A stretch of DNA of 64,000 nucleotides from Pristiophorus japonicus (taxonomy: Eukaryota): NCBI RefSeq assembly GCF_044704955.1, contig NC_091979.1, positions 317,254,001 to 317,318,000 of the forward strand, written 5' to 3'. Below, in pieces: positions 23,944 to 37,100 of this stretch; within the stretch, counting starts at the first letter, position 1, and each line of letters begins with the position of its first letter. The notes under the pieces are model-generated. The model was not told where the DNA came from, did not search any database, and saw only the letters and a list, made by a program, of their open reading frames with translations. Both the position numbers and the translations under genes were made by a program.

Positions 23944-24722
23944 CTACAAGAGTTCAATCAAAAGGTGGAAGAACACAAATTAGTTGAACAAGCATTGCAG
24001 AAGTCCCCTGATCTTCCATATGTAACTCGTTACGCAGCAAAATTTTACAGAAGAGAAGATGTGGAAAAAGCTGTGGAGCTGTTGAAGAAAGCATTAGAAA
24101 TTAGCCCAAACTCTACCTTCATACACCACCAAATAGGTCTGTGTCACAGAAAAAAACTACGTCAACTGATCAAATATCCAGGCAGCAAAGACCCTCGCAA
24201 TCCTGCTTTTCAACAGAAAGCTGAGTTGATCAAACTATGCAAGTACTAGTTTGAAAAGGCATTTGAGCCCCGCCCATTAACATCTATTGCAGCACAACTG
24301 GATTTTGCAAGAATCTGTATACTTGATGAAGAATATCCTGAAGCAGTGAAGATCACAGCAATCTAATGAAATTAGAATATATTCATCCAGAAAATAAGCA
24401 GAAAATATGTTTACTGGCTGGGTTATTTCAACTGAACCAGAAAAGATCGGAACCAGATGCCATCAGCCATTTTCTGGAAGGTGTCAAAGTTAAATATGAC
24501 TCAATACTACGGAAAAAAGTGTTGCAAACATTTGAAGAAGATAGCAGAAAGACGACTTTGCATAAATTCAAAAGACAGCAAGGCCTTTGGTGTTCTTGGG
24601 TTACTGCACCAGCTGGATGGGGAGAAGTGTGAAGCTATTGAGTGCTTTGAAAAGGCCTTGGAGTTTGATTGTGACAATGAAGAATATCTAAGTGTTCTCT
24701 CTGAATTACGCCTTTCTATATC
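23944..24722 (+). pseudogene. IFIT: IFIT pseudogene 2, 5' half missing
   Basis: Starts at LQEFNQK directly after the CR1. TAG at 24247-24249, frameshifts near 24355 and 24515, terminal stop altered. Colinear with about 55678-56460. Confidence 0.93.
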
Positions 24723-26600
24723 GGCAACGCTGATTTTCCCAGCTAAAACTAAACACATTTCTGAAGGATGCATTAATAGTCTCTGATCTATGAGAAGGTT
24801 TGTTCGGGTACTCACTTCACATGTTATATTCTGCTGGCACTTGCTTTCGAATGAACATTTTACTTGTGTGTATAATTTTCAAACGATGATCTTATTGTAA
24901 TTATTTTAAATTCCTGTGCTTCATTCAAGAATATTGACACCACTGGAGCACTACCCAAATAGGATGTGTTTCCATATCCTTAGACCTTTTGCTATGTGTG
25001 GAATTAAACAAATCAATGTAGGTTTGGGGGAATTAGAGTTAATTGGGCCAATTGGACAGAGCCACAATAGTTGTTTATGAATTGGAGGAACTGTTTTTAA
25101 AACAAAAATACACATTACATGGGCCTGATTTTAACTCCAGACGGGTTTTGGGTGGGTGAGTGGTGAGGGGAATGGGAAACTCACCTGTTGCTGCAGATAT
25201 CGGGCCCGGGGTATTTTAAATCCCCAACTTCATTATCGTGCGGCCAGTCCACTTCCCTCCCGTACGGCGTGCAGGTCGGTGCGTTGAAGGAGTTTCGGGG
25301 AGGGTCTCGGGGAAAGGACTGATGAGGGGGAAAATGTAGTTGTGCCTCGTTCGGGAGCAGGAACACTCGCGAGGTGTGAGACTTTGCACCAGGCGCACAA
25401 GTCTTGCCTCTCGTGAGAAATTGGGTTTACCACCACAAAAGGAAGTGGGGCACAAAATAACGCACTCCACTTCCTTTCTGGGGCGGTAGTGAGGTGAACG
25501 GATTGGGAGCAGGGCACAGCACTACACACTGGGCCACTTACTGCTTCCACGTAGGAGGGACTCTTCCCTTAATGAAAGGGAAGCGACCAAGCTTCAAACT
25601 CTGCAGGAATGACAGGGTCCTACCTGGACCAGTGAGGAGTGGGGGTGCTGTGTCCAAAGCAGAGTGCCGCACTGAATGATCGGGGCATGGACCGTATTCA
25701 AAGCACCAATGGGGTTCAGGATAAAATCGCCATCATTTTTTCTTTAATGACCCACACTTCCCCGGTACATGTCCCCTGAAGCTGTCGATGGCATTGCTTG
25801 GCACAGCTTCAGGGGCTGATACCTAATTTACAGTCCGGGGCACTAACGGGACACAGCGGAGAGGGGCACTACAGGTTATTGCCACCACTAAACGCTCGCG
25901 GAAATTAGTGGGACTAGTTCGTGGAGCCGCGCACAGGCTAAAAGTCATTTGCACCCCAATGGGGCACTAACGGGAGGCGCTAATGCCCCAAATTACCAGG
26001 CCATATTCTTTTTATGGTAATGATGGTGTAAAAAAAATCTTCAATCCAGCCCATAGAGGGTGCAATAAAACCACTCTGTCGACCTATCTTTCACTTGCTG
26101 CCTCTTCACAATAAAGTCCCCCATCGGGTGAAAGGCTTTCCATGTGTACCAGCTGAGAGAGGACCAACGACCACTGCAGGCCCTTCAAATAAATCATCAG
26201 CTTGATTCTGTTGCTCTGAAGCTTTGCTGACAGACGATTGGGCTCCCATCCAGAGCGTTCATTCAGATCTCAGCCTCTGTCACTGGGAGTCTCCCTGCCC
26301 TGTAACTGGTCAGCTGCACCTGCTCTTCATCAAACCTTCTGTGTCCCTCGTTGGCCAACACAGAGCAGCTTGGACAATACCCGGGAAAGTCCCTTTTCCA
26401 GAGACTGTCACTATCACGATGAAGGGAAACGCAGTGGAGGGAGGAAAGTTAAAGGATATAGAAATAGGTTCAAATGGGTTAAAAAGCAATAAAACGCAAT
26501 GGCTGCAGACACTGATTGTCCAAACAGAGAATGTAATATGAGAGAGTGAATATTAAATAACCAATAAAATAAAACTGTGGCAAAGATTTAATTTCTGTTG
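24723..26600 (+). repeat. Duplicated IFIT 3' flank (24723-25260 and 26005-26600 match 56461-57030 and 57637-58240); includes a MITE-like insert at about 25121-26002
   Basis: Long near-identical stretches. The insert is bounded by imperfect TIRs GGGCCTGATTT...AATTACCAGGCC. Confidence 0.8.
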
Positions 26601-28759
26601 TTGATCTGATGGGAAAAACCTGCACGATATTTTCTGGCAGTCGGTAATGTTTATGGCCATTTGCCACCATTTGGTGAACGGCAATTCATACATTTCATCT
26701 TGGTCACCACAGAGCCGATTGGGCCAAAGATGAGCAGAAGTCCATTTTATGGAGACTGTCGTCATCTCAGCTAAAGGAAGACACAGTAGACGGAGGAAAG
26801 CTAAGAGGATATAAGAAGAGTTTCAAAATAATGAAAACGTTATCATTACAGACACAGATTCTGCCAACAGAAGTCACACACGCCAATGATACTTGCCGGT
26901 TACAACCCAGACAGCAATGATCCTCTGCCAGTGAGGATGGTTTACAATCCCCCATTTGCCGATTTGGCAATTTTGTAAAGAAAAAGTAAAGTTCATTGAA
27001 ACATTTTGTTCCTCCTAGTAGTAGATTCTCTGCTGCTGACGAGAAAATTAAGTTTTAAAATTAATTCCCAAAGGAAATAGAGAATAAGTTGCAATAAAAT
27101 TGAACCAATGAACCTTCCTTTTTTGTCAAAATATTAAAAGATAATCCAATGCCCAAGCTCATTATAGAATCCAATGTATTTGAAAATGCACAAAATAAGT
27201 TGTTAAAAAGCATTTTGGAGTTCACATCTTTTTTGAGGGTTGAGTCAGGTTCTTTGAAAGAGTTGATGAGCTTTTGCTACTTGTCGAAGTGTGGAAATTA
27301 TGGGAAGTGCATGTGATTGGCTGTTGATGGAAGACAGGATGGACATTGGTGTGGTGTCCCACATAGTCAAATACCCTGCTACACTCGATGGTCTCCCATC
27401 AATAATGGGCCCCTGGGTGAGGTACTGGAGGGTGACCAGTGCCCATGGGACTGTGTCCCACAAGGGAGTCAACACCTTAAGGAGCGGAGAGAAGGGCAAC
27501 AAATAGCAGAGAAAACGGGTAAGAAACAAAAACCTTTCTGGTTACTGGGTGTTCCCAGGCCCCAGGATGTATTTTCTGGCACTGCACAGGTGTCCTCTCC
27601 ACCTCTAACCCAGAGGTGACTGCTGGGATGTTCTGGAAAACTTACACATTCATACATTCACACAAAAGTGCAGAGCAACAGTGTGAGTGAGAGCCACAAT
27701 GTGATCCGATTGCGAGCTCCCTCAGTGCATTCCCACTGCAGCCTTCCTTCCTCCTTCCTACCCTCGGTGTGGAAGAAGTGCTTCCTGATTTCTCTCATCA
27801 TAAGTGTAACTAATTATAAGACTCTGCTCCCTTGTTCTGAATTCCCCACCAGAGGAAATAGTTTCTCTGTATTGACCCGATCGAATCCCATTATCATTTT
27901 AAACACCTCAATTAGCGGTGAGGTCATTGAGGGATTTGAAAACAAGGATGAGAATTTTAAAAGCGAGGCGTTGCCGGATGGAGCCAATGCAAGTCAGCGA
28001 ACACAGGGGTGATGGGTGAATGGGACTTGGTGCGAGTTCGGATACGGGCACAGAGTTTTGGATAAGCTCAAGTTTACAGAGGGTGCAAGGTGGGAGGCCG
28101 GCCAGGAGAGCATTGGAATAGTCGAGTCTCGAGATAATTAAAGCGAGGATGAATGTTTCAGCAGCAGATGAGCTGAGGCAGAGTCGGAGACGGTAAACGA
28201 TACGATATTACAAACACCGAGCAATGCTGGTTCCTGTCCAGAGGGGGCGCCAGTTTTACATTTCTCTCATTGAGTTCAAATGAATTAAAATCAGGAGAGA
28301 TGTTTAACAGGCCGTCGACTCACTACTACCCAGTTTACGCAGTCGCTCAAAGTCAAGCTCACTCCAGAGTCTGGGGTCAGGGAGCTAAAATGGCCCAGCC
28401 CTCACACTGAGGAGTCCGTGGGGATTTCCCTCTCTACTCACAACCCAGGCCCCAAGTTAAAATCAGGGCAATTAAAGCCTGTTATAAAGTGGAAACGAGT
28501 ATTCTGTAAGTGACTTGATCCTCTTTTCAGACTTTGAAGAAGGGTCTATTCTGTGACCCATGGTAATGTAGCAGGGACTTCCTAATGACAGTCGAAAGCA
28601 ATCTCAATTGTCATTTATTTCCATGGCAACAGAAAATAAACACGACTTTAAATTCCTGCCTAAGGTCCCATGGAATCTGACTGCACTTACTGTCGATTCA
28701 CAAATAAAACCAACCTCCAGATGGAAAGAGATCAGATGTCGTTAGTTTGACTTTCCAGG

Positions 28760-31610
28760 TCCAGTTTCTGAGTTGTCAACTCTGGTTGGAGGCATTGCTG
28801 GAGATTTGATCATGTGACATTTGATCACATGTCACCTAACCGTGTGATGCCTGACCATATGGCATCTGACCACATGACATCTGATCATGTGACGCATGAT
28901 CACGACATCTGATCATGTGACACCTGATCACATGACTTGTACAAAGGCGATTGGGAAGGAAATTGTGGTCAGGCATCCTTTGACGAACGCCTCGGACCCG
29001 GAAAAATTTTCGGAAAATAGCTGGTAGTCATGGAGGAGCCTACGATTGCGGTCGGAGGCTTTCATTCGCTGCACAGCGTACGGGAAGATGACTTCCCCGT
29101 ACGTACGGAAACGCTGGAGTCACATGGGCCTGGACCACCAATCACTGGGTAGTATTCTCATTGATAAAAATGGGAACTTTGTTTTTACAAGTTCCCATTA
29201 CTGTCGATGAGGAATCCCTCCTAAAACAAGAAACACAGCATAATAAATTAAAAACAACTCACATATTTAAAATTAATTGAAATTAAATGTAACTAAGTGT
29301 TTTAGAAAAAATATATATTTTTTGAATTTTTTTTATGTATTTGAATAGAGTTAAAAAAATAAACTTATCTTAATGGAGAGGGATTTTACATAAAAATGAA
29401 TAACTAAATAAAAATGTTATATGTTTTGAAAGTGTTATGCTGGTAAAAGTAAGCTATGCGCCTGCTTTTACCAGGAGTAAAAGTTTGAAGGACATTCGCT
29501 GGGCATGAGTTGGGCAAATAGCCCAATCTCTGCCACACAAAATTTCCTTATCCCGGGATGTGCTCGTTGACGGATCGGAAAAGCCATTTTTCAGCGCATG
29601 TGCATCTTGCCACGAAAACCGACTTTTGTGATCCCTCGCCAGGTCTGTGCGCACATCGTACGGACCCGGCAAGGCTGCAATTTTCAGCCCAATTGTGTTT
29701 ACCTTATAACCGTTACGTTCCCTGGAGTTGAGTATTTTTACTTGTGATTACATGCCAGCAGCTGGTGGGCGATAACTTCCAAGAACCAGGAGACCACCCG
29801 TGAGCAGACGGATAAGGGAATCCGAGGGTGGAAAAAGGGGGAATCTGAGGACCGGGAATAGGGGAAACCGAGGGCGGGGAATGGAAGAACCGAGGGTGGG
29901 GTACAGGGGAAACCGAGGGTGGGGTACCGGGGAAACCGAGGGTGAGGTACAGGGGAAACCGAGGGCGGGGTACAGGGGAAACCGAGGGCGGGGCACAGGG
30001 GAAACCGAGGGCGGGGTACAGGGGAAACCGAGGGCGGGGTACAGGGGAAACCAGATCCAGTTTCTGAGTTGTCAACTCTGGTTGGAGGCATTGCTGGAGG
30101 TTTGATCATGAGACATTCTGATCACATGCCACCTGACCATGTGATGCCTGACCATATGGCATCTGACCACATGATGTCTGATCATGTGACGCATGATCAT
30201 GACATCTGATCATGTGACTTGTACAAAGGCTATTGGCTGGGAAATTGTGGTCAGAGGCATCCTTCGGACGAATGTCTCGGACCCGGAAAAATTTTAGGAA
30301 AATAGCTGGTCACGGAGGAGCCTACGATTGTGGTCGGAAGCCTTCATTCGCTGCGCAGCGTACGGGGAGCTGACTTCCCCGTACGTACAGAATGCTGGAG
30401 TCACATGGGCCTGGGTAGTATTCTCATTGATAAAAATGGGAACTCTGTTTTTACAAGTTCCCATTACTGTCGATGAGAAAACCCTCCTAAAACAAGAAAC
30501 ACAGCATAATAAATTAAAAACAACTCACATATTTAAAATTAATTGAAATTAAATGTAACTAAGTGTTTTAGAAAAAGAATATATTTTTTGAATTTTTTTA
30601 ATGTATTTTAATAGAGTTAAAAATAAACTTACCTTAATGGATTTTACATTAAAATGAATGATTAAATAAAAATGTTATAGGTTTTGAAAGTGTTACGCTG
30701 GTAAAAGTAAGCTATGCACCTGCTTTTGCCATGAGTAAATGTTTGAAGGACATTCGCTAGGCAAGAGTTGGACAAATAGCCCAAACTCTGCCACACAAAA
30801 CTTCCTTATCCCGGGATGTGCTCGTTGACAGATCGGAAAAGCCGGTTTTCAGCGCATGTGCATCTTGCCACGAAAACCGACTTTTGCGATCCCTCGCCAG
30901 GTCTGTGCACACATCATACGGACCCAGCAAGGCTGCAATTTTCAGCCCAATTGCGTTTACCTTATAACCGTTATGTTCCCTGGAGTTGAGTATTTTTACT
31001 TGTGGTTACATGCCAGCAGCTGGTGGGCGATAACTTCCAAGAACCAGGAGACCACCCGTGAGCAGACGGATAAGGGAATCCGGGGGTGGAAAAAGGGGGA
31101 ATCTGAGGACCGGGAATAGGGGAAACCGAGGGCGCGGAATGGAAGAACCGAGGGTGGGGTACAGGGGAAACCGAGGGTGGGGTACAGGGGAAACCGAGGG
31201 CGGGGTACAGGAGAAACCGAGGGTGGGGTACAGGTGAAACCGAGGGCGGGGTACAGGAGAAACTGAGGGTGGGGTACAAGGAGAAACTGAGGGTGGGGTA
31301 CAAGGAGAAACCGAGGGTGGGGTACAGGGGAAACCGAGGGCGGGGTACAGGAGAAACTGAGGGTGGGGTACAGGAGAAACTGAGGGTGGGGTACAAGGAG
31401 AAACTGAGGGTGGGGTACAAGGAGAAACCGAGGGTGGGGTACAGGGGAAACCGAGGGTGGGGTATAGGAGAAACCGAGGGTGGGGTACAGGGGAAACCGA
31501 GGGCGGGGTATAGGAGAAACCGAGGGTGGGGTACAAGGAGAAACTGCGGGTGGGGTACAAGGAGAAACCGAGGGTGGGGTACAAGGAGAAACCGAGGGTG
31601 GGTGAGCAAT
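28760..31610. repeat. Tandem duplication of a unit of about 1.3-1.5 kb (28760-30054, 30055-31610): 14-bp TGATCATGTGAC-type repeats, a TIR-bounded MITE-like element and a 23-bp G-rich minisatellite
   Basis: Both units begin ccagtttctgagttgtcaactctgg. TIR-like ends GG..GAAATTG / CAATTTTCAGCCC; arrays of CGAGGGTGGGGTACAGGGGAAAC. Confidence 0.9.
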
Positions 31611-32627
31611 TTGCAGAGGGGAAACCAGAAGTCAAAGGAATTTTTTCCACCAGTAACTAATGGTAACACACTGAAATTGTACTGATGACTAACAGTAATA
31701 CTGGTAACACTCAGATTCCCGTCACAACCAACAGTAATACAATAACTCATTGATAGGCTATATGTTACAAGCAGTAATAGGTGTAAAGTCTCTCTATCCT
31801 ACGTGTAACTAGCAGTAATACTTTAACCCACTGATAATCACCCTAAAACCATACCCAGAATCCCCCTGCACTGCACCAGGTGAGGTCAGGTTCCCCAGTT
31901 GAAGCCACATTTAACAGGCCCCATCTCTCTCTCTCTATCTCCTCGGAATCTGGTTTGGTCTCCGGTTCCATGTGAAGGTGACAATTCTGAACTGGGAACC
32001 TCAGTCTGAGCTGATCTGTACTTGGACTTCACACGTCAAACCCGGCCGGCACAGACCCACCTGAACCAAACCGAGAGATTGCACAAAGGCCAGTGAGCTC
32101 AGTGTTTGGGGCACTTCTCACAGGGCACATTGTCCTAAACTCAGCTCAGCACCAACATTTCTAAACCGCTCCATGTGCTCGGTCTCAATAAAGGAGGGTT
32201 TTCATAGAATTATAGAAATGACTGCACAGGAGGAGACCATTCGGTCTCGGAGCTCGCACTCTCTTCTGTAATCCCATTCCCCCCAGGTCTTTTCATATTC
32301 TTCCTTTTCAAATATTTATCACATTTCCTTTAGGTTTTAGACGCTAGCTCAATAGCTACATGTGGTGAAGGATCCCACGGTCTAATAGCCCACAGTTCAA
32401 TGACCTTCCTCCTCCGTTCTCCCTTGTTTCTTCCAGTGAGAATCCTTGGTTTCTGTTCCCTAGTTCCCCATTCGCCCACCACTGGAAATAATCTTTCACT
32501 ATTTACTCACAGTAAGGTCCCCAGGTTTCACTCACCCCTTTACTGGCTGCTCCTCTCTCAGTGTCACTCCCACTCACCACGTTGCTGCTGCTCCCGGCTC
32601 TGTGGGAAATACTGGACCCTGCACCCA

Positions 32628-33362
32628 CCCCATTCCCCAGTCTCCCTCTCCCCGAGCACCCATTCCCCAGTCTCTCTCTCCCCGAGCCCCCATTCCCCAG
32701 TCTCCCTCTCCCTGAGCCCCCATTCCCCAGTCTCCCTCTCCCCGAGCCCCCATTCCCCAGTCTCTCTCTCCCCGAGCCCCCATTCCCCAGACTCCCTCTC
32801 CCCGAGCCCCCATTCCCCAGTCTCCCTCTCCCCTAACCCCCATTCCCCAGTCTCCCTCTCCCCGAGCCCCCTTTCCCCAGTCTCCCTCTCCCCGAGCCCC
32901 CATTCCCCATTCCCCAGTCTCCCTCTCCCCTAACCCCCATTCCCCAGTCTCCCTCTCCCCAAGCCTCCATTCCCCAGTCTCCCTCTCCCCGAGCCCCCAT
33001 TCCCCAGTCTCCCTCTCCCCAAGCCCCCATTCCCCCTCTCCCTGAGCACCCATTCCCCAGTCTCCCTCTCCCCGAGCCTCCATTCCCCAGTCTCCCTCTC
33101 CCCGAGCCCCCATTCCCCAGTTTCCCTCTCCCCGAGCCCCCATTCCCCCTCTCCCCGAGCCCCCATTCCCCAGTCTCCCTCTCCCCGAGCCCCCATTCCC
33201 CAGTCTCCCTCTCCCCGAGCCCCCATTCCCCAGTCTCCCTCTCCCCGAGCCCCCATTCCCCAGTCTCCCTCTCCCCGAGCCCCCATTCCCCAGTCTCCCT
33301 CTCCCCGAGCCCCCATTCCCCAGTCTCCCTCTCCCCGAGCCCCCATTCCCCAGTCTCCCTCT
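32628..33362 (-). repeat. G-rich 30-bp minisatellite, array 3 (inverted)
   Basis: Reverse complement of the unit in arrays 1 and 2. Confidence 0.95.
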
Positions 33363-33590
33363 TTCCTCCACACTTGATTTTCTTCGATTTCAGAGTACCC
33401 CACTTTCAGAGCAACCCCCGTTTTGAAAGACACAAAATTTCAAAGCCCCCTAAATTCAGAGAACAGGGGGCCGGTCACAACGTGCTGTGTCTCCCTGTGC
33501 CCCCCCGCCAGCCCCCGTGTCATCCACCCCCTGCCCGCGATTTTAACTACCAGGTTTTTGGGGATAGTATAATTCAACTAAGTTCCAGAT

Positions 33591-33762
33591 GGGAATTATC
33601 AGACATGGTCAGTTTCACTTTCACTTTCCAGTTTCAGGAACCATTTCCTCAAAATCAGATGATTCCGGAGGCTATAAAAATATCCGGGAAGAAAAAGCTT
33701 GCAGTGTTCCGGCTGATCGGCGAACTGAGGTACCGGTGACATCCAGACCAGCATCCTGAGGT
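33591..33762 (+). promoter_or_regulatory. Orphan interferon-stimulated promoter (tandem ISRE + TATA) with an IFIT exon-1-like donor
   Basis: AGTTTCACTTTCACTTTCCAGTTTC at 33611-33635; TATAAAAA at 33673-33680; kB-like GGGAATTATC at 33591; CAGCATCCTGAG|GTCAGT at 33760/33761. Confidence 0.75.
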
Positions 33763-34129
33763 CAGTGATCACTTCGCTTTACACACAGTTATCAGATATA
33801 CTGACATTTTAAGACAATAACAGTGACATTGACCCTGATATTAACCAGAGACGGGATCGGGGAGGGGGGGGAGGAGCAATCGCGGGCGACAAAAACACAA
33901 CATCGTGGGACGTGGGAATTTCCAATTCAATGGGGATTCCTCATCATCATTTTACCTCTGGGTTTCATGTCTCCTGTCCATGTGACCAGTGGTGACACGG
34001 ACCTGGATGGTGTGATTTCACTTTGACTATTTAAAGGGACAGTTCCCAGTGGTGATGGAGGAGGAGATTTGCAGTTAGCTACATTGGGCTGGAAGGAGTG
34101 CAGGCAGCGTTATAGAAGGAAGGAGGACA

Positions 34130-37100
34130 AAGGCTGTGCCCAGGTTTAATGAGGCGTCTCTGGATGTGTTGCTGGGTACAGTAAGGGCAAGAAATGAGTC
34201 CTGTTTCCCAGCAATGGTAAAAAGAAAGCTGCAGCCACTTCAAAGAAGTTGTGGCTGGAAGTGGTGCAAGAAGTAAGCAGCAGGAGCCTCATAATGAGGA
34301 TATGGATTCAGTACAGTGTAAAGTCCTGTCCCCTCGGTACAGATTCACACGAGGCATGAAGTGAAGTCAAGGTCACTCTGGACCTGCACCTTTTATTTCA
34401 CAGCTCTGGAATGATGCACTTTCCTGAGACCTGTCCTTATATACCTGTCTCTTGCAAGTGTACACCTGGTGGTAAGGTATGCTGGTGGTTAAGGTCATAT
34501 CTTATTACAGTCATGTATAGCATGTTAGGATACAGTTATATATAATAATGTAAGATACATGACATCACCCTCCCCCAAGATCTTATTGTCTTTATAGGTT
34601 CAGTCTCTCAGGTGGTCTACGCTCTCGCGTGGAGCGACTGAGTTGTGGTTCAGCTGTTTGCCTTGGTGTCTGTTTTGATTTTTGGGTGTGATTGTTGTTG
34701 ACTCGCCTGGGCTGTCTGTTGGGATTGCCCTTTCCTCAGGTTGTTCCCTCTGTCTGTCCACCAGGTGTGGTGCGAGTTCCACATTGTCGTCTGCCTCTGG
34801 TTCTGCAGTGTTGTTGGTAAATCTGCTTTTTACTTGGTCTACATGCCTCTGGCAGGTTTTGCCATTGTCCATTTGTACTACCAGTAGCCTGTTTCCTTCC
34901 TTGCCCGTTACTGTCCCTGCAAGCCATTTGGGACCCCTGCCATAGTTTAGTACAAACACTTTGGCCCCTATCTCATTCCATTTCACCCTCGAATTTCTGT
35001 CATGGTATTCAGTCAGCTTACAGCGCTTTGCCTCAACGATTTCGTGCATGTCTGGGAGGATTAATGAGAGCCTTGTTTTTAAAGTCCTTTTCATCAACAG
35101 TTGCACGGGGGGGGTCCCAGTCAGTGAGTGCGGACGAGATCTGTATGCCAGCAGCAGTCGCGTCAGGCGACCCTGCAGCATGGGACCTTGGATTTTAAGC
35201 ATGCCTTGTTTAATGATTTGCACTGCTCTCTCCGCCTGGCCGTTGGAGGCTGGCTTGAACGGTGCCGTCTTGACGTGATTTATGCCGTGGTCAATTATAA
35301 AGTCTTGGAATTCTGCGCTGGTGAAGCACGGACCATTGTCACTGACCAATATGCCAGGGATTCCGTGCATTGCAAAGATGGTTGCGAGGCTCTCCACGGT
35401 GGTGGAGGTTGTGCTCGAGTTTAAAATGGTGCATTCGATCGACTTTGAAAATGCATCTACAACTACGAGGAATATTTTGCCCATGAATGGGCCGGCATAG
35501 TCTACGTGTACCCGCGACCACGGTTTGGTAGGCCAGGGCCAGGGGCTCAGTGGAGCCTCCCTGGGGGCATTGCTGAATTGGACACAAATGGTGCACCTTC
35601 GGATGCAGAGCTCCAAGTCTGCGTCAATACCAGGCCACCAGACGTGGGATCTGGCTATGGCCTTCATGACAACGATCCCCGGGTGCTCGCGGTGGAGCTC
35701 CCGGACAAATGCCTCTCTGCCTCACAGAGGCATGACTACTCGGCTGCCACACATCAGGCAGTCTGCTTGTAGTGATAGCTCATGCATGCGCCTGTGAAAG
35801 GGTTTTAATTCCTCGGGGCAGGCATCGCGAGCCTCTGACCAGTCACCGGTTAGGACACATCTTTTTACTAAGGATAACGAGGGGTCGCTGGCCGTCCAGG
35901 CTCTGATTTGGCGAGCCGTCATGGGCAAACCTGTGGACTCAAAGGCATTGATTGCCATGACTATCTCACAGTCCTGTTTGTCAGACCCTTCCGTGGTTGC
36001 CAGGAGTAGCCTGCTGAGCGCGTCGGCACAGTTGTCTGTGCCCTATGGTATAGTCGTAGGGTACCAGCATGAGTGCCAACCGTTGAATTCGCGCCGAGGC
36101 GTTGGCGTTTATTGCCTTGCTCTCGGATAGGAGGGATGTGAGGGGCTTGTGGTCGGTTTCTAATGCAAACTTGGCCCCGAAAAGATATTGGTGCATCTTT
36201 TTGACACCGTACACGCACGCGAGCGCCTCCTTCTCTCCCATTCTGTATCCGCACTCCGCCCGCGAAAGTGACCTGGAGGCATAAGCTATGGGTTGTAATT
36301 TGCCCGCACTATTGACATGTTGCAAAACGCACCCGACCCCATACGCTGACGTATCGCATGTGAGAACTAGCTTTTTACCTGGGTCAAAGAAAGTCAAAAC
36401 ACTGTTGGAACACAGAAGGTTGCGTGCCTTATTGAAGGCGCGTTCCTGGGCGACCCCCAAAACCAATCGCACTCCTTCCTGAGTAGCACATGGAGAGGCT
36501 CCAGCAGCGTGCTTAAGTTCTGCATAAAGTTCCCAAAGTAATTGAGTAGCCCGAGAAAGGCGCGCAGTTCTGAGACATTCCGGGGCCTGGGTGCCAGGCG
36601 AATTGCTTGTTTTGGACTCTGTTGGGTGGATTCCATCAGCGGCAATCCTTTAGCCCAAAAATTCAACCTCAGGTGTGAGAAACAGGCACTTGGATTTCTT
36701 GACTCGTAGGCCTACCCAATCGAACCGCTTTCGTACTTCCTCCAAATTACGGAGATGGGAGTCGGTGTCCCTGCCCGTGATAAGTATGTCGTCTTGAAAT
36801 ACAACCGTCCCCGGGATGGACTTGAGCAGACTCTCCATGTTGCGCTGGAATATGGCAGCTGCCAACCTGATGCCGAATGGGCATCGATTGGACTTGAAAA
36901 GGCCTCGATGTGTGTTGATGGTGGTGAGTAGCTTGGATTCCTCGGTCAATTCTTGCGTCATATGCGCAGATGTGAGGTCTAATTTTGAGAAAAGTTTACC
37001 TCCACCCAATGTGGCAAATAAGTCCTCCGCTCTGGGCAGCGGGTACAGGTCCTGTAGGGAGACTCTGTTTATGGTAGATTTGTAGTCCCCACAGATTCGT

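Noticed and set aside
28236-28253. CTCF-like motif CCAGAGGGGGCGC
   Set aside because: A single imperfect match with no supporting evidence.
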